A DNA stretch of 64,000 bases. Origin: a virus (taxonomy: Duplodnaviria; Heunggongvirae; Uroviricota; Caudoviricetes). The stretch spans positions 1 through 64,000 of IMG/VR virus record IMGVR_UViG_3300009979_000063. One strand, 5' to 3'. Below the pieces are notes generated by a model. The model worked only from the letters and a program-made list of their open reading frames with translations, made no database searches and was not told the DNA's origin. Made by a program: the position numbers and the translations under genes. Below are positions 46,424 through 56,263 of this stretch, in pieces; position 1 is the first letter of the stretch; each line of letters opens with the position of its first letter.

Positions 46424-46841
46424 TTCCCTGCACCTCTCCTCTGCTGATTAGGCCCGTCCACTCGATTACCTCTCCGAATGGCCCTAGAGTCGGAGCTTGA
46501 CCGTTAATGTTATACCAAGTAGGAGGTGAACCTTTCAGCTCCTCTTCTACAAAAAGTGCTGGTCCATCCTTCTTCTGACGGATATTTGTTATGCGGCATG
46601 AACGGCTAATCGACTTCGGAGTTTTTAAAGTTAGCCAGTCAACGTTTTCATACTTCTCGCCGTAGCGTTCTGTTGTTGCGGCGACTCGAATGCCATCAGA
46701 TGTAATAGTCTGAATTCCGACTTGCATAGTTTCAACAAATACCCACTGATCTTTCGTCTGCCCGGACTTTCCGGAAACTGTACGCTTCTTATCGTAGATA
46801 TCTGCATAATAATTATAGTTCGCGCTGAACAAGCAAGACAT
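46413..46841 (-). CDS. head-tail joining protein (hypothetical)
   Basis: position. Confidence 0.35.
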   Translation of the reverse strand: MSCLFSANYNYYADIYDKKRTVSGKSGQTKDQWVFVETMQVGIQTITSDGIRVAATTERYGEKYENVDWLTLKTPKSISRSCRITNIRQKKDGPALFVEEELKGSPPTWYNINGQAPTLGPFGEVIEWTGLISRGEVQGSGT

Positions 46842-47719
46842 TAGATCACCCCGACACGTGGGAACATTCTGTATTCGTTCAACAGCTGATCGGCCTTTAC
46901 TAGACCTGTGCCTATATATGCATCGTCAGTGTATTCAATTCGCCAGTTGTCGGCTTTCATGTTCTTTAGATACTTGTCACGGTATCCTTCATCGCGACAA
47001 TCGTAGTACGACATAAGTAATTCTGCTGCTGTCTGCACCGGGCCAGGAACGCTGTCGTAACCCCACAGGCCACCGATCGAGTATCGTATATTTCTTTGCC
47101 ATACATTGTGCGGTTCGTGAACTACTGAAAGGTCCTGATAGTAACTGGCTCGGCGCAAAATCCAACCGTCTGCACTAGGCTCGTATGCATCACTAGGGCT
47201 TACGTATGTCCACTGCAACGGATCATGAACGTCAATAACGTTGTACCAATCACTCTTAGGTGCGACTGTATAAACTTCAATAATATGCTTCGGCAGAATT
47301 AGGCCGTCATCGCCTGTTCCTTCTGCATCATATATTTCGTATGACTTACCAAAAGATTGACCTGTATAGTTATCAATGATATATCTTACTAGTCTTTCTG
47401 ACTTCGCAAAGTCAGTCTGCGACATGTCAGCATCTGTGCCCGGCCCAAAATCCGCATAGTCAACATACGGAGTAACGATGCGATACGTCTGAGAATCTGT
47501 GTAAGCTGTATTATTGAACGTGAATCCCCATTTGACTTCTACGTCTCGTTCAGTAACCGCAAATTCCTTCGGGATTACCGCTGTATAAGTGGCTCCGCTT
47601 CCAGACGTCGTTATCATCTCACCATCTACGGTGCACTTGACGTCCGTTACTTGACTAGCTACAGAGTCATCAAGTCGATAATGTATTACAGGATTAGTTC
47701 CAATATAAAGTTCCCTCAC
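46841..47719 (-). CDS. head-tail joining protein (hypothetical)
   Basis: position. Confidence 0.35.
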   Translation of the reverse strand: MRELYIGTNPVIHYRLDDSVASQVTDVKCTVDGEMITTSGSGATYTAVIPKEFAVTERDVEVKWGFTFNNTAYTDSQTYRIVTPYVDYADFGPGTDADMSQTDFAKSERLVRYIIDNYTGQSFGKSYEIYDAEGTGDDGLILPKHIIEVYTVAPKSDWYNVIDVHDPLQWTYVSPSDAYEPSADGWILRRASYYQDLSVVHEPHNVWQRNIRYSIGGLWGYDSVPGPVQTAAELLMSYYDCRDEGYRDKYLKNMKADNWRIEYTDDAYIGTGLVKADQLLNEYRMFPRVGVI

Positions 47720-47750
47720 AGATTATTCACCATGTCAAGTATAACATATT

Positions 47751-48158
47751 TCAGCTATAGTATTCTTCAACCTCGCGGGGACTAGCTACCTGAAATCCGT
47801 CAACTAAGTCTATAATTTCCTGAGCTTCCTGCTCGGTCATTGCAACAAACGGGTGATCGCGGGTAAAGAATTTTCCGTTTACTTCGAACGTCGGGTTCTT
47901 GCGCGTCATTTTCAATACCGTCTGCCCGCTAAACCGCTGAGTCGCGGCCATTACTCTAGTCTTATCGTCAGCCTTAGCCTTGTTATTGCTTATAGCTTCC
48001 GGGTTAGGGGAATACAACTTCTCCCATGTGGCAAAATCTACTCCATCTACTTCTAGCAGATTCAACAAGTCCTTCTTGTTTGCGCCCGGCTCATATTCAA
48101 CGCCAAACTTTTCGCAAACGTCTCGTAGCTCTGCTAGTCTCATATCTGCAAATGCCAT
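47751..48158 (-). CDS. small head-associated protein with SAP/HeH-like N-terminal motif
   Basis: LAELRDVCEKFGVEY...KKDLLNLL. Confidence 0.35.
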   Translation of the reverse strand: MAFADMRLAELRDVCEKFGVEYEPGANKKDLLNLLEVDGVDFATWEKLYSPNPEAISNNKAKADDKTRVMAATQRFSGQTVLKMTRKNPTFEVNGKFFTRDHPFVAMTEQEAQEIIDLVDGFQVASPREVEEYYS

Positions 48159-48178
48159 GTTTCATTTTCATTCCTTCC

Positions 48179-48210
48179 AAAAGAAAAAGGCAACTAGTTG
48201 CCTAGTTGCC
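48179..48210 (-). terminator. rho-independent terminator after major capsid gene
   Basis: minus-sense GGCAACTA-GGCAAC-TAGTTGCC hairpin followed by TTTTTCTTTT. Confidence 0.55.
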
Positions 48211-48245
48211 TTAATCTTATATTAAGTCTTGGTTTAAGTCAATCC

Positions 48246-49235
48246 TTACGGTGCAGCTACACCGACGTTAGATACATAAACCGCTGCGTCATACTCTTCA
48301 ACACCAACACCAGTACGTGTGTATAGTGTGTATTCAACAGTGTCCTTCTTAGGTGCGAATTCGCGGTAAACAACTATGTCGCGCTTTACGCCCCATAGAC
48401 GATTCTCAGGGAATGTTAGCTCTAGGTGTCCGTGGTCGCCGGTAGCGCCAGAGTAAGATCCAGCGCCGAATTCATCGAACAGCGGAACTTCCTTAATCGG
48501 AACACCGAATGCAAAGCCCATTCCGAATCCTGCTCCACCCTCGGTGCGAACAGGTCCAGTCTGAATCAGACGCTCAGCAATGTTACCATTACCTACTTCT
48601 GGATCAGATAGAGAGAATAGATAGTCTTGGATAGCGTTAGAGCCAGTGTAGAAACGTAGCTGGTTGCGGCGCTGCATAAAGTTACGCGGCATTGCCTTAA
48701 GAGCACGGTTAAATGTCTCGCGGCCCATACCGTCACCACCTGCGCTTACAACGTGAGCGTTGTTACGTAGTAGCTTGTCCCATCCATCAAATGACTTCAT
48801 TAGCGGGTCGCTAGAAGCTGTGTCACCGTTGATCGCTAGATCCTCTAGGTCGTTTCCGAACTGAGTTGCTAGCAACTTAGCGATGTGATCTTCTAGAGAC
48901 TCACCTTCGATGTTATCCTCTAGGGATTCTGTTGAGATTTCCCAATCTAGACGGATCTTACGAGTTGTAATAGAAATCTTTGTGAACTGAACAGCTGCGT
49001 TTACACCAGTGTCAACGGCTTCTGTCGCTAGTCGGGCGATTCTACGGCCTACACCGATTTTGTCGACTTCCATAACGTCAGAGTTCATGCGTATTTTACG
49101 GCACTCTTGTCCTAGAACAGTAGCATCCCACATATAATCGATGAACTTATTAGCCTGATCTGGCTGCAAAAGTCCACCGCCTGCTTCCGCAATCTCTAGG
49201 CGGGTTACTACCTTTTCCAAGGTCTTGTCACTCAT
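48246..49235 (-). CDS. major capsid protein (HK97 fold)
   Basis: 329 aa; phage_capsid-like composition; downstream of protease/scaffold; followed by a strong terminator. Confidence 0.8.
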   Translation of the reverse strand: MSDKTLEKVVTRLEIAEAGGGLLQPDQANKFIDYMWDATVLGQECRKIRMNSDVMEVDKIGVGRRIARLATEAVDTGVNAAVQFTKISITTRKIRLDWEISTESLEDNIEGESLEDHIAKLLATQFGNDLEDLAINGDTASSDPLMKSFDGWDKLLRNNAHVVSAGGDGMGRETFNRALKAMPRNFMQRRNQLRFYTGSNAIQDYLFSLSDPEVGNGNIAERLIQTGPVRTEGGAGFGMGFAFGVPIKEVPLFDEFGAGSYSGATGDHGHLELTFPENRLWGVKRDIVVYREFAPKKDTVEYTLYTRTGVGVEEYDAAVYVSNVGVAAP

Positions 49236-49281
49236 AATTTAGGTCGTCTCCTTTCTTCAAAGTATTGTCTTTCTTATTCAA

Positions 49282-50586
49282 TTAGTCGGTTTTGGGTAGG
49301 AATGCGCCCGACCATACAGAACGTTTTGTTTCTGGTCCAGAGTCGGCAGTAGCATCAGCTGACTTCTTGACTGCTGTATTTGAATCTAAAGTATCGATTC
49401 GCTTTGCAGTTTCAGTAGCCGCCGCCTGCTGCTCTGACTTGTATTCAGAAAATTCTTTCGCTAGCTCGTCGTGCTTGGCTAGCAAGTCCTTAACTTGGGT
49501 ATCTACAGACTTAGATACCGCATCAACTGCCTCATTAAGTTCGGTGAACTTCGCGTCACGTGCTTTGTCACGTTCGTCTAGAGCAGTTAGGGTCTTAGTA
49601 ATATCGCTCAATGACTTAGCAAACTTATTAAAGTCCGGCTCGTCATCGTCTACTTCGGAAGAATCCTCAGGCTTTGCCTCATCTTCCTTCTCGTTTTCGT
49701 CACCCTGCTCGGCAGGTTCACCGTTAACGATTGGTTCATCTAGAACGCCGTCACCTTCGTGATTCTCTTCGCCGCCACCATTTACCTGGTCGCTAGTTAC
49801 TACGTCCTTTTCAACCTTTGTTGTTTCTTCGGCTGCCATATCAGTACCTCCTTCCGCTGATTTCAAAAAGGTTGCAATTGTTTCGCGCACCTTCTGAGTT
49901 TTTGAGGATGAGTCATCTTCTACCCATCCAATATTATGCATATTCTGTCCGCAAGCCGCGCAAATTGCGACATCGGCGCTCTTACTAATGGCTGCTCGAT
50001 CTTGCTGGCACCAGAATACGTTCTCTATTTTAGTATCTGCAATCATTCCCTTGGCAAACATTTTGCCATCTGCGTTCTTTTGAACGGCTAGAATATTGCA
50101 AAGCTGATTAGCTGGATTGTCTACTAAACTTAGTTCGTGTAAAGAATAATCGGTGAAGTATCTAATCATCTTGTCGTCATCAGCGTTATACTGATCGACG
50201 TGCTTGTTGATTTCTCCACCGATTGAAAATCCTTTAAGGGTTCCGTCAAGAACCTTTTCCCAAGTATCTTGTGCACCCTTGGAAACATACGTCTCGACAA
50301 CGATGCCATTATAGAACTTGTCTGTAGCTTCATCATAGATGTCTTCTTGCTGAAAGCTAACTACTTTGCCAACCGCAATTGGTTGATGCATTTCGCGTAA
50401 TCCACCCGTAAATTCGGTGAATGCTTTAAGGCTAGCTTCCGCCGTAACTACCTCGCCATGCCGATCTACATTATCAATCGTTGCAAATCCGATTACTTTG
50501 CGGTTTTCCTGGTCGATCTTCTGAAACGGAACAACCAGATTTAGCTTGTTACCTTCCCTTTCAAAGCGGACTTTCTTTAACTCCAT
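49282..50586 (-). CDS. prohead protease (HK97/U35-like) fused to acidic coiled-coil scaffold domain
   Basis: N-terminal LVVPFQKIDQENRKVIGFATIDNVDRHGEVV..SLKAF; C-terminal Glu/Asp/Lys-rich half. Confidence 0.6.
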   Translation of the reverse strand: MELKKVRFEREGNKLNLVVPFQKIDQENRKVIGFATIDNVDRHGEVVTAEASLKAFTEFTGGLREMHQPIAVGKVVSFQQEDIYDEATDKFYNGIVVETYVSKGAQDTWEKVLDGTLKGFSIGGEINKHVDQYNADDDKMIRYFTDYSLHELSLVDNPANQLCNILAVQKNADGKMFAKGMIADTKIENVFWCQQDRAAISKSADVAICAACGQNMHNIGWVEDDSSSKTQKVRETIATFLKSAEGGTDMAAEETTKVEKDVVTSDQVNGGGEENHEGDGVLDEPIVNGEPAEQGDENEKEDEAKPEDSSEVDDDEPDFNKFAKSLSDITKTLTALDERDKARDAKFTELNEAVDAVSKSVDTQVKDLLAKHDELAKEFSEYKSEQQAAATETAKRIDTLDSNTAVKKSADATADSGPETKRSVWSGAFLPKTD

Positions 50587-50627
50587 GATATTTTGATTAT
50601 AACAGACTGTTTAAAACAAGCGCAAAT

Positions 50628-52247
50628 TTACGACTCTCTGGCTCGTCCATCGCCTTTAGCGTTACGTCCCTCCCCTTTTGAATCCGTCGCTGTTGTTGCT
50701 CTATTGGAATCTCGTTCTTTAGCTTGTTGAGCGTTTACTTTTGCTTGATCTGCTCGCGCCTTTGCTTGGGACTCTAACGACGCTTCTTGCATTTTGGCCG
50801 CATTTTCTGCCGATTCCTTTTCGCTTAGAACCATTGGGTCGGAACCTCTGCCATCTGGTCGCGGAGGCATAGCCTTTCTCGCGCGTATTTCATCAGGAAC
50901 TATAACGCCATTGCGTAGATACTTTTCATCAATACCAGCTTGCGCGTCTTCGTCAGTCAAACTTAGCTCGTTTAGCTTAATGAGATACATGTCTGTCTTC
51001 TCTTTTACTATACGATTAAGCTTCTTCTCTACAATTCTTTGTTCCGGTCGACAAACGCTCTCTTTGAATACCTTGTCTGCATCACGCGCCGAAGCTAAGG
51101 ATGCTCCCTTAGGCTGAATACCCGTGCGGCCGTAGGGAACACGATGCGCCATAAGAATTTCTTCATTGTTGGCTACACGGTACTCACCAAAGCTAGAATC
51201 TTGTGCTTTAGACTCGATCGCTTCAAATTTTAGGTCTACGTTGTCGCCAGGTGGCAACGGTACGTAGATTGAGCGGTGGTGTTGTCCACGCAAACCGGTC
51301 TCAAAGAATTCAACCAAACGCTTTTGGCTAGCAGCGCTCAGCGAGCCACCTTTAGCTACGATAATGTATCGTGGGACCGCTTTATTCTCAAAGAAATCTA
51401 GATTGTATCTAGCTGCAAACTCATTGCCTGCAAGAGCGGACTTCGCGGGAATAATGTCTGGCACGCCATAAAAACTATTGGTTGGCGAATACTTCTTGAA
51501 GTGTATTATTTCATTTGGTTTGCTGTCATCCGTTAATGGATTAGCTGTAGTCTTGTCGCCAAAATTTCGGAAGTAGACTACTTGACGGCCGAGAACTTGA
51601 ACGAATCCGTCACGCTTTGTGCGCACTCTGATTGTCTCTGCCGGTACATGTCCAAGGTAGCCAATCTGGCCGCTAGCTGTACGTCCTACTTCAATGTATC
51701 CATTGCCAGTTGTTTCATAGTCTTTCCACACCTTGCGAATCCATTCATCGAATTCGTCTTCCGCATTGACATCGCTTAACCAATCATCTAGAGCGTCTTT
51801 AGCTTCGTTTAGTTGATTCTCTAGTGATTTTAGGCTTCGCTCGCTTGTTAATTTAGCCTTGCGAGCTTTTACCGCCGGTGTTTCTACAAAGTCATGTCCT
51901 AGTCCTACAATATTATCAACTTTAGCGTTGACAGCACTATGGTGCGCCGGGCTGATTTCGTACAGCTTAGATAAATACTCGATGTTATACGGAGGAGAAA
52001 CACACTCTAAGTAGGTGTATCCATAAACATAGTCGATCTCAACCTTCTTAGATGCTGCACCGTCTTCGCCGGTAAACTGCTTCTCAAGTCTACGATTAGC
52101 TCTGCGAACTGCGTTCTTGCTAAGCCCTCGGTAAGACTTTAGTTCTTTCCATTGCTTTTCAAATGGATCAGTTGACTCGGGATCACGTGTTACAATGCGA
52201 TTGCTAAGAACTACATCTAATTCGACTACTTGCTGGTCTTCGCTCAT
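50628..52247 (-). CDS. portal protein
   Basis: 539 aa; HK97-family portal-like sequence; upstream of protease and capsid. Confidence 0.8.
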   Translation of the reverse strand: MSEDQQVVELDVVLSNRIVTRDPESTDPFEKQWKELKSYRGLSKNAVRRANRRLEKQFTGEDGAASKKVEIDYVYGYTYLECVSPPYNIEYLSKLYEISPAHHSAVNAKVDNIVGLGHDFVETPAVKARKAKLTSERSLKSLENQLNEAKDALDDWLSDVNAEDEFDEWIRKVWKDYETTGNGYIEVGRTASGQIGYLGHVPAETIRVRTKRDGFVQVLGRQVVYFRNFGDKTTANPLTDDSKPNEIIHFKKYSPTNSFYGVPDIIPAKSALAGNEFAARYNLDFFENKAVPRYIIVAKGGSLSAASQKRLVEFFETGLRGQHHRSIYVPLPPGDNVDLKFEAIESKAQDSSFGEYRVANNEEILMAHRVPYGRTGIQPKGASLASARDADKVFKESVCRPEQRIVEKKLNRIVKEKTDMYLIKLNELSLTDEDAQAGIDEKYLRNGVIVPDEIRARKAMPPRPDGRGSDPMVLSEKESAENAAKMQEASLESQAKARADQAKVNAQQAKERDSNRATTATDSKGEGRNAKGDGRARES

Positions 52248-52600
52248 TTGCTAGGTCGACGAACTTCATCTCGATAGTTACCGATATCTAGTTCGTCAGG
52301 TACTTGCCCTTCCTTAAATCTATTTATTTGCTGTGCTCGTTCCTCGTCAGAGACACGCCGGACGCCCTCTAGAAATTTCGCCGTACCGTCCGGGAATCCG
52401 TAATATCTAGCTGCTTCTTGTAACTTCTTCTGTGCTTGTATATCGCCACGCATTGCGACAATATTCATTATATTGCCGTCATCGTCGCCTACCATATGTC
52501 CGTCTAAAGTTTCCCAGACGTACATGCCAAAGTTTGTTTCCTGAACAACTTGCATTTTTGGGTCCGTCATTTGTTCAATAATAACATAATTTGAACCCAA
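52244..52600 (-). CDS. hypothetical protein (118 aa)
   Basis: ORF overlapping the portal start. Confidence 0.35.
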   Translation of the reverse strand: MGSNYVIIEQMTDPKMQVVQETNFGMYVWETLDGHMVGDDDGNIMNIVAMRGDIQAQKKLQEAARYYGFPDGTAKFLEGVRRVSDEERAQQINRFKEGQVPDELDIGNYRDEVRRPSK

Positions 52601-52609
52601 CTAGCAATT

Positions 52610-54640
52610 TTAGCTTCCGCCAGCACCAACAATGGCCCAAGAATAGCTATAAATGCGAAACGGCGTGCCAGAATCTGAATGATCGCCTTCGTTTATTACG
52701 CCAGATGTTTCAACATAGCTGACCGAATTTGATCCGTTGAATGACGCGAACAGTGTTGCTACGCTAGCGGCACTAAGCTCACTAGGAAACGCCGCCAGAT
52801 TCAGGTAGCTTATCGTGTTATTGTTGCCGTTAATGCTAAACGTATCTGCTGTATTAGAGGATCTAGTTAACACTAAATGGTTCCACTGATCCCATAGAAC
52901 CCCAGCCATATTCGACACTTGAGAACCATTAAGATATGCGGTATATCCGCTGATGGCGTTGCTGACCCCGCATTCAACGGAACCATTGGAATCGGAAAAG
53001 ACACTGACTGTACCAGAGGTGAGCGCTGGCTTAAACGTAATCTCAATAGACTTTGGCTTATCGTTCGTTTGCCACAAACCGCTAGCAGATACCTCCTTTA
53101 GATACAGGCCATCAGGGCAGTTTACAAGTGCATCATCAATTGCGCTTGGGAATACGATAGTTCCGCGCTTGTCGTCTTTGTATAGATAGATGCCGTCGAC
53201 CCAGATTGGCTTGCTGCTATCTGACGGAACAACCGCCACAGCGTGAACGAATACAGCGTTTGAAGGCTTAGTAAATGTTGACTTGAATCTATACCAACCA
53301 GTCTCTGTCACATCTATCAAGGGCGATAGTTCCTCGGACACAAACTCGCTATATCCGCCACTCCCCCACCAACTTATTGAGATTCCGATATCATTCTGAG
53401 GCTCGCTGTAAAGCCATCCTTCTACTGTTACCGTTGATGCATCGGTCACTGAAACGAGTTCTGATCCAAGGTTGGATGAACCAAAGCCCCCAGTTGGTGT
53501 CAGTTTTACACTAACCCACCCGGTTTTTGAACGCTCTGTACTTAGTTCGGCGGTTGCCTGATAAGTTCCCCAGTAGTTGGTTCCGTATTCAAAGCTGGGA
53601 TTCACGAGGCTGCTTGTTTTGAATTCAAGTCGAGCCGGCGACAAAAACGATATTGTACTGCTAGAGATACACTCGACGCTAATAGAAAACATTGGATCGC
53701 TTGGCTGTGGAGAATACCGAAACACAAATGCTTCAGTAACATCATAAATCGTCGTCTTCTCTGTGAACGTTTTCCAGTTGAATCCACCATCCACGCTGTA
53801 GTCTATTGGTTTTGTTTCGTTATTGCACTTGACTACTATTAGTTCATGCTGCTTCTCGCCCGGCGGTAAATGTAAATAGTTTATGCGCTGTGTCGTGTCG
53901 TCTCCCGCATAATTGAAGAAATCTGTGCTGCTGAGACTTGCCTTGAAGTAGCTGTCGTATCCAGTGAATTGAGTCTGCCCCCCGCCTAAAGCGCTGACCG
54001 TCTGATAGTGTACGTCCTCCGTCGAGTTAACATAGTCTGACTTATCAGTGAATCTTCGCTTGTAAACACCGAGACCGTCTAAGAGCATTACGTCTGTCGC
54101 AGCTAACGTCTTAGCTCCAATGCGCAAGCTTGTTATATTTGTTTGAGGTTCGCCCTGATAGACTTGTTCATGGCGTTCGCCATTGACAGACAAGCTTACT
54201 CGGTCTTCTGAAAACGTTACTACTACGTGATACTTTCTAGCCCAGTCGTAGATCGGGTGCACGACTTCTATTGGAGTGTCCATCAAATTCCACGTAAACA
54301 TCAAACGTAGCTTGATTCCGAAGGAATCTACATAGATGCCAGTTCTTCCGGAGGTATCAGCATCGTAAATGACACCGTATTCCGAACCAGGCGGACGCTC
54401 AAAATAACACACGAATTCAATTGTCGTGTTGGGAACAAAGAAAACAGGGTTTTCGCTAAGATCAAAGTATTCATTTCCGTTGATTTGAAAACTGTTCGAT
54501 TTTCCTGCGATGATTGCTTGCCCGCGCTTATTAGGAACTGCTCCTACAAAAGTTGAGCTAAGACCCTGATTAGTCGAGCTAGGTGTACTCAGAAGATAGT
54601 CTGGTCTATCCTGCAAAGCTAGTTGATCGTATGTGTTCAT
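52610..54640 (-). CDS. structural protein with multiple concanavalin-A/LamG-like lectin domains
   Basis: three recurrences of the V.V..D....L.V(D/N)G beta-sandwich pattern; 676 aa. Confidence 0.45.
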   Translation of the reverse strand: MNTYDQLALQDRPDYLLSTPSSTNQGLSSTFVGAVPNKRGQAIIAGKSNSFQINGNEYFDLSENPVFFVPNTTIEFVCYFERPPGSEYGVIYDADTSGRTGIYVDSFGIKLRLMFTWNLMDTPIEVVHPIYDWARKYHVVVTFSEDRVSLSVNGERHEQVYQGEPQTNITSLRIGAKTLAATDVMLLDGLGVYKRRFTDKSDYVNSTEDVHYQTVSALGGGQTQFTGYDSYFKASLSSTDFFNYAGDDTTQRINYLHLPPGEKQHELIVVKCNNETKPIDYSVDGGFNWKTFTEKTTIYDVTEAFVFRYSPQPSDPMFSISVECISSSTISFLSPARLEFKTSSLVNPSFEYGTNYWGTYQATAELSTERSKTGWVSVKLTPTGGFGSSNLGSELVSVTDASTVTVEGWLYSEPQNDIGISISWWGSGGYSEFVSEELSPLIDVTETGWYRFKSTFTKPSNAVFVHAVAVVPSDSSKPIWVDGIYLYKDDKRGTIVFPSAIDDALVNCPDGLYLKEVSASGLWQTNDKPKSIEITFKPALTSGTVSVFSDSNGSVECGVSNAISGYTAYLNGSQVSNMAGVLWDQWNHLVLTRSSNTADTFSINGNNNTISYLNLAAFPSELSAASVATLFASFNGSNSVSYVETSGVINEGDHSDSGTPFRIYSYSWAIVGAGGS

Positions 54641-55047
54641 TATAGTTGTGCCGCCGTTCTGTAATAGCTTACTGTTCCTGCTCTGCTAGTCTCGATACAT
54701 ACCCCGACTTTTTGTGTGCACGTGTATTGAATCTTGACCATTGACTCATACTGCGCCGCGGCCCAATACGGCCGTAGACCTACTGGAATGTTGTACGGAT
54801 ATCCGCCCGGCGGAAATACTACTCCGTCAAACTGCCCCCCATAGCTTGACTCTAACGCAGTACGATAAATTACTGGACCAAACTGTCCTAGGCCGTCTCT
54901 AATAAACTGCAAGTTATGCAATGTGATTTGCACAGACGCATTGAACAACGAGAATACAACTCCGCCATTCCATCCTCCTGCTAGTGGAAGGTTTATTAGC
55001 GTTGTCTTATTGGTCGCAGCAGGCAACCAGAATGATTGATTAATCAC
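54640..55047 (-). CDS. paralog family protein (shared ~100-aa beta domain)
   Basis: SVQITLHNLQFI / KIQYTCTQKVGVCIET similar to the next two genes. Confidence 0.4.
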   Translation of the reverse strand: MINQSFWLPAATNKTTLINLPLAGGWNGGVVFSLFNASVQITLHNLQFIRDGLGQFGPVIYRTALESSYGGQFDGVVFPPGGYPYNIPVGLRPYWAAAQYESMVKIQYTCTQKVGVCIETSRAGTVSYYRTAAQL

Positions 55048-55406
55048 CAGGGAGCTGGCACCCCAATTGTATTACATTGCATAAGCATCGACCAGTAACC
55101 AGAACTAGTGTAAACAAGTTTCATAGCATTAACATTTTCCTTCAAAACCAACTGACATGGCGAAGTATAGGTAACCGTTGTACTTGGAATCGTGTACGAA
55201 TTCGGCGCCGGAAACCAGTCAGGTCTATACAATGTTAGCTCTTGTATTGTAAGGTTTTGTGCCTTTAATGTTAGCAGAACCCTACCCGGCCATGATTTTA
55301 CATGAGGCAAAGCCGTAGAAAGAGTAACATTTGTGCCGGGGTCAAAAGTCAAAAGATAGCTACTGAATGCCATTACTCCGTCTCCCAACCGGGATTGTTT
55401 ACCCAC
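55044..55406 (-). CDS. paralog family protein (shared ~100-aa beta domain)
   Basis: LTIQELTLY / KLVYTSSGYWSMLMQC. Confidence 0.4.
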   Translation of the reverse strand: MGKQSRLGDGVMAFSSYLLTFDPGTNVTLSTALPHVKSWPGRVLLTLKAQNLTIQELTLYRPDWFPAPNSYTIPSTTVTYTSPCQLVLKENVNAMKLVYTSSGYWSMLMQCNTIGVPAPW

Positions 55407-56263
55407 CAGCCAGCTCGGATACGTATATCATTGCACTCTCCCCAATAATCTACTAGGTTCGGCGAACGACAGATAATTAGACCTCTAGCATTGCCGTCGT
55501 AAAGAGCTGTTTGTATCTGTGTACCAAAGATGGTAAACCAATGCCCTGAGGGCACCGCCCAGAAATCTTCTCTACGACAATCAGGAAATCCACCCAATGG
55601 CTCCGCTTGCCCTACCGGAGTAACATCAGCCTGGTTATGCCAACCGAGAATACTAACTATCTTTGTTGGATTAATTCTGCCACCGCGCGTGTAATTGCAA
55701 TAGGCATCCAAATATTGAAAATCGCCACCAGGAACACCCTTGATGCGTAGAAGCTGATTATAATCATGCCAAGCCCAGCCAGAACAATTCGCTCCGTTTC
55801 CTGGCGTACCCTGCACAATAACGTCAGAACGATCGTATGCGCCATTCGCATAGGATCTAAAGGCATAAGCCCCGACTTCCATTGTACGAAATACCTTGTC
55901 CGGTCGCTTCGGTGGCTTTAGCAGCGCATTCGATTCCATACACATAGAAACGGGAGCAGAGCTGCTGTATTTTATCTGCACGCAGCCACATTGATCTTTC
56001 AGAAACCAATGCTGTCTAGTGTTCGCTGCTATAGTAACATTGGATGCTATTACTTCTTGAATATTTCCGTCAGAAGCCAAAAACATTCTTAGCTCTTGCA
56101 GCGTTATAGCTGTTGAAGCGGAGAAACTAATCGCAATCGATCCAAAGGTTGAGCCAACGATAGGCACTGCAACAGGATAGGTGACATTAGAACCAGCAGG
56201 CAATTGCACGGTATAAACGGTTCTTGACATTTGACTTAAATTATAACATGCAAAAGCCCCCAA
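55373..56263 (-). CDS. paralog-domain protein with C-terminal Cys/His domain (possible NlpC/P60-like); real start probably ATG at 56230
   Basis: N-terminal domain ITLQELRMF / QIKYSSSAPVSMCMES paralogous to the two downstream genes; C-terminal GANCSGWAWHDY ... LGWHNQ; the annotated TTG start lies within promoter-like sequence. Confidence 0.4.
   Translation of the reverse strand: MGAFACYNLSQMSRTVYTVQLPAGSNVTYPVAVPIVGSTFGSIAISFSASTAITLQELRMFLASDGNIQEVIASNVTIAANTRQHWFLKDQCGCVQIKYSSSAPVSMCMESNALLKPPKRPDKVFRTMEVGAYAFRSYANGAYDRSDVIVQGTPGNGANCSGWAWHDYNQLLRIKGVPGGDFQYLDAYCNYTRGGRINPTKIVSILGWHNQADVTPVGQAEPLGGFPDCRREDFWAVPSGHWFTIFGTQIQTALYDGNARGLIICRSPNLVDYWGECNDIRIRAGWWVNNPGWETE
56240..56248 (-). promoter_or_regulatory. 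extended -10 promoter TGTTATAAT, 9 nt upstream of ATG 56230 (near-leaderless)
   Basis: minus-sense TGnTATAAT; no Shine-Dalgarno between it and the ATG. Confidence 0.3.

Noticed and set aside
55373-56263. Calling the C-terminal domain of the 296-aa protein an NlpC/P60 peptidase
   Set aside because: Only the NCSG(W) Cys context and a downstream His resemble the family. The GDLVFF / HVGIY blocks are absent, so it is left as a tentative remark rather than a feature call.
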